56,770 nucleotides of DNA from Octopus bimaculoides. Lineage: Eukaryota. Every line of letters begins with the position of its first letter. Position 1 is the first letter of the stretch. Made by a program: the position numbers and the translations under genes. The stretch covers positions 100,723,343 through 100,780,112 of the forward strand of contig NC_068983.1 in the NCBI RefSeq assembly GCF_001194135.2, read 5' to 3'. Below, piece by piece: positions 33,581 to 44,550 of the stretch. Under the pieces are notes generated by a model. That model did not search any database and had not been told where the DNA came from. It was given only the letters and a program-made list of their open reading frames with translations.

Positions 33581-33802
33581 CCTTGAAAACGTATCACTGC
33601 AAAATTTCATCGAAGAAATTATGCCAATTGTATTTTCCAGAAAGTTGTAACAAAATCAGGAGTGGGACACCAATCTGTAGTATTGCCAAAAATTAAGCGG
33701 CGGTCACTACTTTCTAATATAATTGAACTTCTCCGGCTACCAAACGTAATTAAACTAACCTCCGATTGGCGAAAGTGGTCCTTAACTCAAAATTCGCCCT
33801 CC
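33581..33802 (-). promoter_or_regulatory. Possible alternative promoter and first exon
   Basis: Minus strand: GGAGGGCG, GCCAATCGG (33770-33762), then sequence ending AAGG|gtaaag at 33581; CpG-retaining. No transcript evidence. Confidence 0.3.
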
Positions 33803-34948
33803 TTTTTTCTTTTGAAAAATATTGAATAAATTTTCCTTGTTCTACTTAAAATAAAATAGAAAATACAGGTCTGATCGATTTACTTTCAGTACTGAAAACT
33901 TATATTGAAATTAAGACATTTTTTGATACTAATACATAACAGAAAATGCAACTATCTCCGATAACAAAAAAAGACTATAGAGTGTGATTTGAAAATTAAC
34001 ATTCTTATAATTTCTACAATTTTACCTGAAAAAAAAAAATCCTTTTTGGTTCTAAAGGTATCAATTTACAAAATAAACATAATATTGCATGCCAGTAAGT
34101 TATACTGCAAAAAATTCTTAAGCGAAATAAATTGACCAGGTTACAGTTTGTTTCACGCTTCACTTGACACAGCGGTCAATAAATACAAAAAAACATTTAG
34201 GTAATATTTAGAATATTCGTCTTGCCTACAATTCCATTCACATTTTGAGTGCGTTATAGGAAACAACAGCTGACAGTACTTATTTTATGGTGGTCGTTTC
34301 GCTTTAGGGGCGTATGAGTTCGGAATTGAAAATGTAATGGTATGAAGCGTAAATATTCAAGAATAGACTTGACGATGACTTCGAGGGGATTTCAACTTAG
34401 AATCAGGTGTTATTACAAATACCGCAGGCATTTTGTCCGACGCACTAACAATACTGTCAAATCACAGCCTGGCTAGCACTGTCGGAGTCGAAAAATTTAT
34501 TAGATACAGTAAAAGAGATATTTTGAACACTTAATAAAGTGAATTACAAGGACTATTAATAGCTGGCAAAATAAACAGAAAAGAGGAAGGTGGATTGATA
34601 ATATAGGTTTCAAATGTTGGCACAAAACCAGCAATTTCGAGGGAGGGGGAAAATTGATTACATCGACACCAGTGCTTAGCTGGTACTTATTTTATCGACC
34701 AGGAAAGGATGAAAGGCAAATTCGACCTCGCTGGCATTTGAACTCCAGAAGTTAAAGAAAGACGAAATGCCGCTACCTCGCAGTCGTACAGATAATATTA
34801 ACAGGAGAAATTTAAAATACAATGAATGTATAAAGGCGACACAAGAGATGAGCTGGCGATTTGACATGCATGTGACCAAACGACACCTGATTATCCACAA
34901 GATAGAAAATTATACTTATATAAACTCGTTAAGTTTAGCTAAAGTGAG

Positions 34949-34986
<38 letters not shown>

Positions 34987-35284
34987 CATACATACACACA
35001 CACACCAACTAAACTTACGAGAGTACGTTTTGAGTAAACACAATTTTAACCCTTCTGCTGTTGTCTGTTAAAAGCAGACAACGTGATTAAACCATAGCTT
35101 TTCGTCCATAACCAGAAAAATAATGTATTATATATAGTTATCTTACTTTTAAAAACAACACTCTTATGCTTAACAGCAATATAGTTAGCGATAACAGAAA
35201 TACTAACTACCTAAATTCTAATAACCAAATGTTTAAACGTTGTGAAGGATAGTTTACATTTGATATTCTTAGAAGTAAACTTAC

Positions 35285-35325
35285 CAACAAGCGATATGGA
35301 CAAGGAAGATCCGTTCACTGACTGA
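35285..35325 (-). other. Candidate non-coding first exon of TGR
   Basis: TTG|GTAAGT donor at 35284, tandem TCAGT initiator-like motifs at 35325-35317, no ATG, CpG-retaining context. The TSS position is inferred. Confidence 0.6.
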
Positions 35326-35376
35326 AGCAGCAACTCGTCTAACCTGAATTAGCGCTAAATTCTGTTTTGTCAGCCG

Positions 35377-35430
35377 CACCAATCAGAAAGCAGCTATTAC
35401 CACCTCCTACTTTTAATACTATTTGCAAAT
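35377..35430. promoter_or_regulatory. CCAAT box (CCAATCAG at 35379) and octamer-like ATTTGCAAAT (35421-35430)
   Basis: NF-Y-type CCAATCAG about 55-60 bp upstream of the Inr-like motif; octamer 7/8 match on both strands. Confidence 0.5.
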
Positions 35431-35475
35431 AAGAGGAATAGGAGAGGAGTTGTAAGAAAGAGAGTAGCTAGAGCA

Positions 35476-35495
35476 AAATTGCTGTGTCATAATGA
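35476..35495 (-). promoter_or_regulatory. Antioxidant response element (Nrf2/CncC-Maf site)
   Basis: TCATTATGACACAGCAATTT matches the extended consensus TMAnnRTGAYnnnGCRwwww at all positions, about 150 bp upstream of the candidate first exon. Confidence 0.72.
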
Positions 35496-36357
35496 TCGTT
35501 TAAGAATCAACAATAGTAAAATGTATGGGAGGGTATTTCACTACTTTCTTCTTTTAACCCTTTTACCAACCCGTCAAACTACAATATTCTAGAAATACTT
35601 CTTTTTATTGTTACTGTCTTTTAAGTAGTAATAATTGTCTAGCTGAAACTTAGCTACAGAAAGGTAATATGAAAAGCAAAAAAAGACGGAATTGTTAACG
35701 AAATTTTCCTACTTTAAACATAGCAGAAATATTGGCTGATCTTTCGAAATTTGTACATATAATATGGTAACAAGGTGAAATAAATTGTACTGACTGAAAA
35801 TGAAGGCAATGTCTAGTTTTAGTTAGTGTATATATGTATCCTTGTACGTGTATGTGCAAGAAAGTACTCACGTTTACACTACAGCTGATTTCCTAGAAAT
35901 TTTTTGGGAGGGGTCGTTCGGGTTTTTTGTGGTTTTTATTATTATTTTGTTTGTTGTTTTGCCCTTCCTTATCTTCTGTCCATAAAATGTTGTAATTATT
36001 AATGTGACATACACAAGTGTGCCCTCCACTGACTTTGTTTCTTCATAACTTTCGGGGAAAAAAATCAATATTTTTTAAATGAAAATTTCTACAAATACGC
36101 TTCGGATAATGTAGATTCCGATTATATCAGAATGTGTTGTGAAATGTTTTTCCGAGAATGTAGAGAGGAGTTTCGGAAAATTCACACGATTTGACTTTGT
36201 TTCCTCATAACTTTCAGAAAATGGGCATTTTTAATGACTATCTTTCAGATGGTGAAGATTGTGATTATATCAGAATTTAATATAAAAACAAACTGACACA
36301 CATCACATATACATTATTTACATTTGACGGATATTTGTTCTCATCTTGTTTGTTGTT

Positions 36358-36403
36358 AACACAAAGTTTCGGCTGATATACCCTCCAGCCTTCATCAGGT
36401 GTC
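36358..36403 (-). ncRNA. Hammerhead motif in the left Penelope arm
   Basis: GACAC CUGAUGA A GGCUG-GAGGGUAUAU-CAGCC GAAA CU UU^GUGUU; stem II intact, stem III G-to-U change. Confidence 0.6.
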
Positions 36404-37428
36404 TTGGGGAAATTTCGAACCTGGGTTCTCATTCCTAAAGTATTTTTCGATATTATTATTATTATTCAGGCCACTGCTTGGAATCGAACTCGGAATCTTG
36501 GAGTTAGTAGCCCGCGCTCTTAACCACTATGCCCGTGGGCAATTATGGAGTGAATTTTAGGTCTTATAAATCTAATATTTTCCTATCCTTCCTTAATACC
36601 GCTTCCCATATGCTATTCATATCTGCATTTGGTCTGCTTAGGAGGTTGTTGTGTCCTAGCATATGTGCTGCTTCTTTTTTTACAGTGGTGTTCTCTATTA
36701 TTTTAACTTCATCCCACAGGGGGAGGTGGTCTCCATTTTTCCATACATAATCAGCTATACCCGATTTATCAATATCTCCTCGTGTCACAGCTTTGTGATG
36801 TTCATCTACCCTTATTTTGAGGGGGCAACATGTTTCGCCTTTGCATAACCTGCCACAGCTGCATGGGATGCAGTCTTTGGTCATATTCTCTTCTATTGGT
36901 GGTTTTACTCGAAGGAATATGACCAAAGACTGCATGTACTCCGTTCCATGCAGCTGTGGTGAGTTATACAAAGGCAAAACATGCAGCCCCCTCAAAATAA
37001 GTGTAGAAGAACATCGCAAAGCTGTGACACAAGGAGATATTGATAAATCGGATATAGCTAATCATGTATGGAAAAATGGAGACCACCTCCCCCTGTGTGA
37101 TGAAGTTAAAATAATAGACAGAGAACACTACTGGAAAATATGAAAACTAAAAGAAGCACATATGCTAGGACACAACAACCTCCTAAGCAGACCAAGTGTG
37201 GATATGAGTAGCATATGGAAACCGGTATTAAGGAAGAATAGGAAAATATTAGATTTATATGACCTAAAATTCATAATTGCCCATGGGCATATGGCATAGT
37301 GGTTAAGAGCACGGGCTACTAACCCCAAAATTCCAAGTTCAATTCCAAACAGTGACCTAAATAATAATAATAATAATAACATCGAAAAATACCTTAGGAA
37401 TGAGAACCCAGGTTCAAAATTTCCCCAA

Positions 37429-37474
37429 GACACCTGATGAAGACTGGGGGGTATATCAGCTGAAACGTTGTGTT
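37429..37474 (+). ncRNA. Hammerhead motif in the right Penelope arm
   Basis: GACAC CUGAUGA A GACUG-GGGGUAUAU-CAGCU GAAA CG UU^GUGUU; stem III intact, stem II has one mismatch and one GU pair. Confidence 0.6.
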
Positions 37475-37597
37475 AACAAGATGAGGACAAATATCTGTCA
37501 AATGTAAATAATGTACATAATTCCTCATCTCTTAAATATAGAACTGTAAACATCACATATATCTAGGAAATGAAGCTTGAAATTTCAGAGCCCACTA

Positions 37598-38516
37598 TCA
37601 TCATCATCATCATCATCGTTTAACGTCCGCTTTCCATGCTAGCATGGGTTGGACGATTTGACTGAGGACTGGTGAAACCGGATGGCAACACCAGGCTCCA
37701 ATCTAATTTGGCAGAGTTTCTACAGCTGGATGCCCTTCCTAACGCCAACCACTCAGAGAGTGTAGTGGGTGCTTTTACGTGTCNNNNNNNNNNNNNNNNN
37801 NNNNNNNNNNNNNNNNNNNNNNNNNNNNNNNNNNNNNNNNNNNNNNNNNNNNNNNNNNNNNNNNNNNNNNNNNNNNNNNNNNNNNNNNNNNNNNNNNNNN
37901 NNNNNNNNNNNNNNNNNNNNNNNNNNNNNNNNNNNNNNNNNNNNNNNNNNNNNNNNNNNNNNNNNNNNNNNNNNNNNNNNNNNNNNNNNNNNNNNNNNNN
38001 NNNNNNNNNNNNNNNNNNNNNNNNNNNNNNNNNNNNNNNNNNNNNNNNNNNNNNNNNNNNNNNNNNNNNNNNNNNNNNNNNNNNNNNNNNNNNNNNNNNN
38101 NNNNNNNNNNNNNNNNNNNNNNNNNNNNNNNNNNNNNNNNNNNNNNNNNNNNNNNNNNNNNNNNNNNNNNNNNNNNNNNNNNNNNNNNNNNNNNNNNNNN
38201 NNNNNNNNNNNNNNNNNNNNNNNNNNNNNNNNNCATTACACATCCAACGGAGCATACTGGCTTCATTCCTTGCGAGCTTACGTATGTCCTCAGCAGTTAC
38301 AGCCCATGTTTCACTGCCATGTAGCATGGCTGTTCGTACGCATGCGTCATACAGTCTGCCTTTTACTCTGAGTGAGAGTCCCTTTGTCGCCAGCAGGGGT
38401 AAGAGCTCTCTAAACTTTGCCCAGGCTATTCTTATTCTAGCAGCTACACTTTCAGCGCACCCACCCCACTACTAACTTGGTCGCCCAGATAGCGGAAGCT
38501 ATCGACTACCTCTAGT
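37598..38516 (-). mobile_element. RTE LINE 3' portion (spans a gap)
   Basis: MLHGSETWAVTAEDIRKLARNEASMLRWMCN; (CAT)n tail at 37598. Confidence 0.85.
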
Positions 38517-38649
38517 TTTTCACCCTGGAATGAGATAGAAGTTGTTTCCTGTTTGTTTACAGTCTTTATTGCACCTTTTATATTTTCTTTTTCAGTTTAA
38601 GTACATAGTAATGTTTTGTAATGTCTGTATCACTAACACAGCTTACTAT

Positions 38650-39420
38650 ATTCAATGGGCACATTTGCATTTGCAAAATAGTAAGTAGTCCAAATTTGCA
38701 ATGGTTTGCTTGTGGTTGGAGCAGTCACCTTCACAGAAATATTTGATTACTTTCCTGCATACTCTTGGAATCTTTGCCCAAAATGGTTCTCACATCCTTG
38801 ATACCTTGGTTCAGAAAAATCTCCATGAAGAAAGAATCATTCTCCAAATTCTTGCTTGATACACTGTGTGTCAAACATGAGGGTGTAGTGCATCACTGAT
38901 AGGTGACAATCTGTCCATTGCTTAATTTAACAAGATTTACCATTGTGTTTCATTGATTAAACTCAGTGGATTATTTTTTTTCTCTCCTTTTTTTTTGTCA
39001 GTCATTCTCTCGAGATATGTGAGACATCATCAACATCTAACAGCTGAAAGGGATGGCTGATCAGTTACACAAATGTCTCTGTTGAAGGCAGAAGTTGTGA
39101 TACAACCTAAAAACATATGGAACACAGGTAATGCTACTGATCATTGCTCCAACGGGCTTGCATGGAGTATGTTGCTGTGATAAAATCTGTAATTTTTTAA
39201 TCCATTCTAAAGGTCACCCAGATCATGTAATGTGCCCACCATGATGACCACAACATCCATGTCTACAGCACACACATGAAAAGTCTTCACCCTGTTTTCT
39301 AGAGCATGCAGTACATTAACCATAACCCTAGTAACTGCCTCCTTATCAATGTAGTTTTGCAAGGGAATGCCAGTGCCAGTTGATACCACAGTTTACCTAA
39401 TGTAACATGTGTAACTTCAA
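38650..39420 (-). mobile_element. Academ-like DNA transposon fragment (XPG-type nuclease and Cys-rich tail)
   Basis: Degenerate KEAVTRVMVNVLHAL...AVDMDVVVI, ALPVFHMFLGCITTSAF, LSPISDALH..VYQARIW, CKCKC. Superfamily assigned from motif recall. Confidence 0.55.
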
Positions 39421-39499
39421 CAGGAGGCCAGTTAAACTGCAGTACCTTGAGAGACAAAAAGGTAAAAAAGAGTTCCTTGTTATTCATTAGATAACAAAG

Positions 39500-39750
39500 G
39501 AAATCAATTCAATTACATGACAGATTGGTCTTTCTGCTAACAGTACTGTAACTGGAATAATCAACAATATTCTCAAATTAACACAAACACTTGGAAACAT
39601 CTCACAAAGTTTGTCATCAGTTAATAAATGTCGCAATTTCAAAGGTTTCAGTCCTGAATTTTCAAAATTTACTTTATACAATGACAGTAAATGTTGCATT
39701 TCTATCAACAGTAAGATTAATTGGGTATATTCTTCTATCATAGACAACCT
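39500..39750 (-). mobile_element. hAT transposase C-terminal dimerization fragment
   Basis: EMFPSVCVNLRILLIIPVTVLLAER resembles FPN..IALRILLT.PVT.AS.ER. Confidence 0.65.
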
Positions 39751-40597
39751 TGCTCTTCAAAATTCACTGGCTTCACTTCACTAACACTTTAAACCAACCT
39801 ACTGCACATGCATCTCATTATCCTCTCTCTCTCTCTCTCTCTCATTACATACCTAATAAGTAGACATAATATAATAACCTTGAATCCATAACTTGAGAGC
39901 CTGCTGGTTATAAATTATTTATATGACATTATTGTCTTTACAACTTTTTACAAATAGCTGTTGTAAAGACAATAATAACATGAACTAAACCTATCTGTAG
40001 TGACTTAGTTTACCAAACAGATTAATAATATTTTGCTTGTAAACACCACAATTTGTAAAACTAAAATATAATTTTAAAAGAAAAATTGGTAACAACATTG
40101 TTAACATCAATTTGAGTTCAAAACAAAACAAAAAACTGTTAAACGTGATATCTTATCAAAGAAATCAGTAAACATGTTACTGAGTGGAGATTACATAAGA
40201 AAATAACCTAATTAATAATTTTATATTGAACCTCTTAAAACACCTTTTTTTGTTTATCCTTTATACTTATATTGATGATACAAATATATTGCTACACCTA
40301 TATTGTTATCAAAACTATGTCACTTTGTGATTCTATACAAACCTTTGATGAAACATATTTATAAACATGATTATAGACATGACTCAAATTATATAGCTGT
40401 AGGTCTATACACATGATGATTCATCTGATACTCTGTACACAATCATACCAAAACACTTGCACTGACACACATACTACGGATATCTCTATATTAACACTAT
40501 ATCTGTAACACAAGACACACTCATAACACACCTGTTAACTTTAGATATATTTGTATTAATGACACAACTTCAAAAACTTCAATACTGGTAGTATCTA

Positions 40598-41098
40598 TCA
40601 TCATCATCATCATCATCGTTTAACGTCTGCTTTCCATGCTAGCATGGGTTGGATGATTTGACTGAGGACTGGTGAACCAGATGGCTACACCAGGCTCCAA
40701 TCTGATTTGGCAGAGTTTCTACAGCTGGATGCCCTTCCTAATGCCAACCTCTCCGAGAGTGTAATGGGTGCTTTTACATGCCACCGGCATGAAGGCCAGT
40801 CAGGCAGTACTGGAAACGGCCACTCTCAAAATGGTGTATTTTACGTGCCACCTGCACAGGAGCCAGTCCAGCGGCACTGGCAACAATCTCACTCGAATGT
40901 CTTTACACATGCCACCGGCACAAGTGCCAGGAAGACGACGATTTCGCTTTCGCTTGCCCCAACAGGTCTTCGCAAGTCGAGTTTAGTGTCCAATGAATTA
41001 AGGTACGCATAAGTGGGCTGGCTACACCCCTGGCAGAGGCCTTGGATTTAGGTCTCACTTGGCTTGCCGGGTCTTCTCACGCACAGCATATTTCCAAG
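40598..41098 (-). mobile_element. 5'-truncated RTE 3' end
   Basis: (CAT)n tail and the same 3' UTR repeat units. Confidence 0.8.
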
Positions 41099-41099
41099 T

Positions 41100-41420
41100 G
41101 AAGGCATGTGGCTTAGTGTTTAGGATAATCAACTCACGCATGTAAGGTCATGAGTTTGAAAATTGGCAGTGCATTTTGTCCTTGAGCAAAACACTTTATT
41201 TCATGTTGCTCTAGTCCACTCAACTGGCAAAAATTAGTAGTACCTGTAATTCAAAAGGCCATCCTTGTCACATTCTGTGTCACACTGAACATTTCTGGGA
41301 ACTACATTAAGGGTATGCATGTCTGTGGAGTGCTCAGCCACTTGCATATTAATTTCATGAGCAGGCTATTCAGTGACTGGATCAACCGGAACCCTCATCA
41401 TCGTGACTGAGGAAATACCA
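41100..41420 (+). mobile_element. tRNA-derived SINE sharing the 3' half of family A but with a different head and central domain
   Basis: 3' half aligns with 17485-17660; head followed by gtccttgagcaaaacacttta...ttgctctagtccactcaactggc. Confidence 0.7.
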
Positions 41421-42509
41421 GTTAATTATTTCTTATGTTAAAAGCTTGTTTTCTCTATTTGCAAAAGTCCTTCTTGAATACCGACATCCAGGTTACTGTC
41501 CCTTCATCATTTCCATTTTCTTACTTCTCTGAAAATTGCTACTGTTCACTGTAACAATTCTAGGAAATTTAGTAATTGATGAGATTTTAAGACCATTGGT
41601 ATTTGTGGCTTAGCATTCTTTTAGGCCACCCATAGCAGAAATGTTGGAGAGAGAGAATTTCCACACAAATAACTATGTAATTAGGTCTCTACATTAAAAG
41701 AAGCGAATTATTTCTTATATATAAACAAAGCCTCAAAATTTAGGGGCGGATAGGGCTGATTAAATAGACCCAAGTTCTCAACTTATTTTATTGGTCCTGG
41801 AAGAATAAAGAGGAAAGTTAACTTCAACATGATCTTAATTAGAACATAGATGTATGGATGGCATTTTGTCCATGACACTTCTAATTTAGCCAATCTACAC
41901 TATACTTAAGAGACCAAACTTACAGTGCTCTGTGAGGACATAGTTGATATTTCTCACCAGCTAAAGAAAACAAAATGTCAGGACTTGGTCAACAAGGCCC
42001 TTACCAAGAGATGGTACTCAGCCTCATTCTTTATTGATGTCAGCTGTTGTGGCTTTCCAGCTAGGTCAGTGCACTAGTTCTTGCAGAAGATTGGTTTGAA
42101 ACTCAAACAACTGAAGAAAGCTACTAAGGAGATAGGCACAGCAGCTGAAACCAGCTCAAGGTGGCTATGGTTGATAAGTGACTGCAAATTAAACACTTCC
42201 TCCAGTCCTCATTACTCCATTTGGGTGATTCATACAGGAGTGAAATGCTTGTAACCCTGAGATACTTGCAGATGATGTGGTAAGGTTTCCAACACTGAGA
42301 CTGATTTAGAAAAGGAGCTTGCAAAATCTCTGAGTAGCTCCTGCAGCTTCTGCAAGGTGCAAAGCATCTCTGATGTTTATATTTCACCTCATGTCTCAAC
42401 TACTGTGAAAGTTACAGTGCTTTCTAACTCACATTAAGCCAGTATAATTATGTTAATGCTTATATTTACAATGCTTCAAACACTTTCATATACAATGCTT
42501 CCTTACTCC

Positions 42510-44550
42510 CACCCCACCCCCCACTAGAACTAGAGACAACAATCTTAACAATTCTAACATGATTGAATGACAGAAGGTTAAAAGCAAGAACAACTATTAT
42601 GACATCTGTTACCAAACGATCACAGGAACCTTCTTTTCAGGTGCTAAATAACATCTCTCCTTCCTGTGTTACCTCCCATATCGCTTTCCCAGTTTTCAGA
42701 GTTGGCATTGTAAATGCAGGCACATTGAAAGGTAGGTCTAGTGAGATTGTAGAGATGCTTGAACAGAGACGTGTTGATGTATGTTGCATACAAGAGATAA
42801 GGTGGAGAGAAGCTTCAGCCAGAGTCCTCACAAGTAAAGCACATAGGTATAAACTCTTCTGGGAAGGTAATAGTGATGGAATAGGGGGTGTGGGTATACT
42901 TCTTGCAGAGAAATGGGTGGATAAAGTCATAGAGGTACTGAGGGTGTGCAATAGAGTACTTAAACTCAGGCTAGTCTTGCAGAATGGTATAGCTACAATT
43001 ATCTCTGCCTACGCCCCACAAGCAGGCCTACCAAATGAACAGAAGGATCACTTTTATGATATTCTTCTGCAGGCTACCTCAAAGATAAGTGACAATGATC
43101 TCACCTTTGTGGTTGGAGATTTTAATGAGCATGTCGGACAGCAATCTGGTATCTTCTATGGTGTACATGGGGGCCATGGAGTTGGTACCAGAAATGAAGA
43201 GGGAACTAGGCTCCTGGAGTTCTGTGATGCAAATAGCCTATTGATCTGCAACTCCAACTTCAGGAAGCTAGCTAGCCACCTGATAACCTATCAATCAGGT
43301 GACTCTGCTAGCCAGATTAATTTCATTCAGACAGCAGGATGCATGGTTGCTCTTAAATACAAAGACCCTCCCTGGTGAAGAATGTACCCCCACAACATAG
43401 ACTATTTATTAGTGACTTTAGACTCAAGGCCAGAAGGATGCCAAAAAGAAGACCAATCTGGAAAAGAAGGACTTGGAAGCTTAAGAACCCTTCACTTAGT
43501 CAGAGATTTAGGGATATCCTTACCAAGAAATTTAATGATAGGGAGGAGGAGCTACAATCCTGTGGCATAGGAGGTAGCTGGGAGATTCCATCACATGCCA
43601 GGGGGAGAAACTAGAAGTAGTTAATAGCTTCCACTACCTAGGCAACCAAGTCTGTAGTGGGGGTGGTAGCTCTGAGAGAGTAGCAGCTAGAATAAGAATA
43701 GCCTGGACAAAGTTCAGGGAGTTCCTACTTCTGCTGGCAACTAAGGGCCTCTTGCTCAGGATGAAAGGTAGACTATGATGCATGTGTGTGAACCGCCATG
43801 CCACACAGCAGTGAAATATGGGCCATGACTGCTGAGGACATATGTAAGCTTGAAAGATATGAAGCTAGTATGATCCGTTGGATGTGTAATGTCAGTGTGC
43901 ATACACAACAGAGTGTAAGTGCCCTGAGAGAACAATTGGGCATAAGAAGCATCAAATGTGGTGTGCTGGTATGGTCATGTGTTATGTATGAATGAGAACA
44001 GTTGCATGAGGAAGTGCCACTCCCTAACTGTGGAAGGAACCTGTGGAAGAGGTAGACCCAGGAAGATATGGGATGAGGTGGTGAAGCATGACCGTTGAAC
44101 ATTGCGCCTCACAGTGGCAATGACAGGAGACTGAAACCTTTGGAGATATGCTGTGATTGAGAAAACCCGACAACTAAAGTGAGATTGCAGCCACACATGT
44201 CTGGCCCAGTTAAGAGTACCCCTGATGCATCATGCAATATGATATACTTGAGAAGACCTGTTGAGTCAAGTAAAACCAATATCGTAGCTGTGGCCACTGC
44301 CCGCCAAATGGCTCCATTGCCGGTGGTACGTAAAAAGCCCCATCCGAACATGGCCAATGCCAGTACCCACTGACTGGCCCCTGTGCCAGTGGCATGTAAA
44401 AAGCACTATCCAAACGTGATTGATGCCAGGCCCACCTAGCTGGCTCCTGTGTCGGTGGCCCATAAAAAGAACCCACTACACTCTCAGAGTGGTTGGCGTT
44501 AGGAAGGGCATCTAGCTGTAGAAACATTGCCAGATCAGATTGGAGTCTGG
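42510..44550 (+). mobile_element. Internally deleted RTE LINE: APE endonuclease domain joined to the RT C-terminal region
   Basis: ORF 42563..43378 NAGTLKGRSSEIVEMLEQRRVDVCCIQEIRW...ISAYAPQ...VGDFNEHVG; jumps near 43590 to GEKLEVVNSFHYLG and HSSEIWAMT; catalytic RT core absent. Confidence 0.88.

Larger units (their letters stand above)
36312..37549. mobile_element. Penelope-like element remnant: two inverted arms, each with GIY-YIG endonuclease C-terminus, tRNA-like segment and hammerhead; 12-bp TSD
   Basis: ORFs 36564..37019(-) and 36817..37143(+) encode (Y)SVPCSCG..Y.G.T...LK.R..EH (GIY-YIG). The arms are reverse complements. ACATCACATATA flanks at 36300-36311 and 37550-37561. Confidence 0.88.

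Noticed and set aside
42124-42399. 91-aa minus-strand ORF
   Set aside because: No recognisable domain or splice context; probably a TE relic that I cannot classify.
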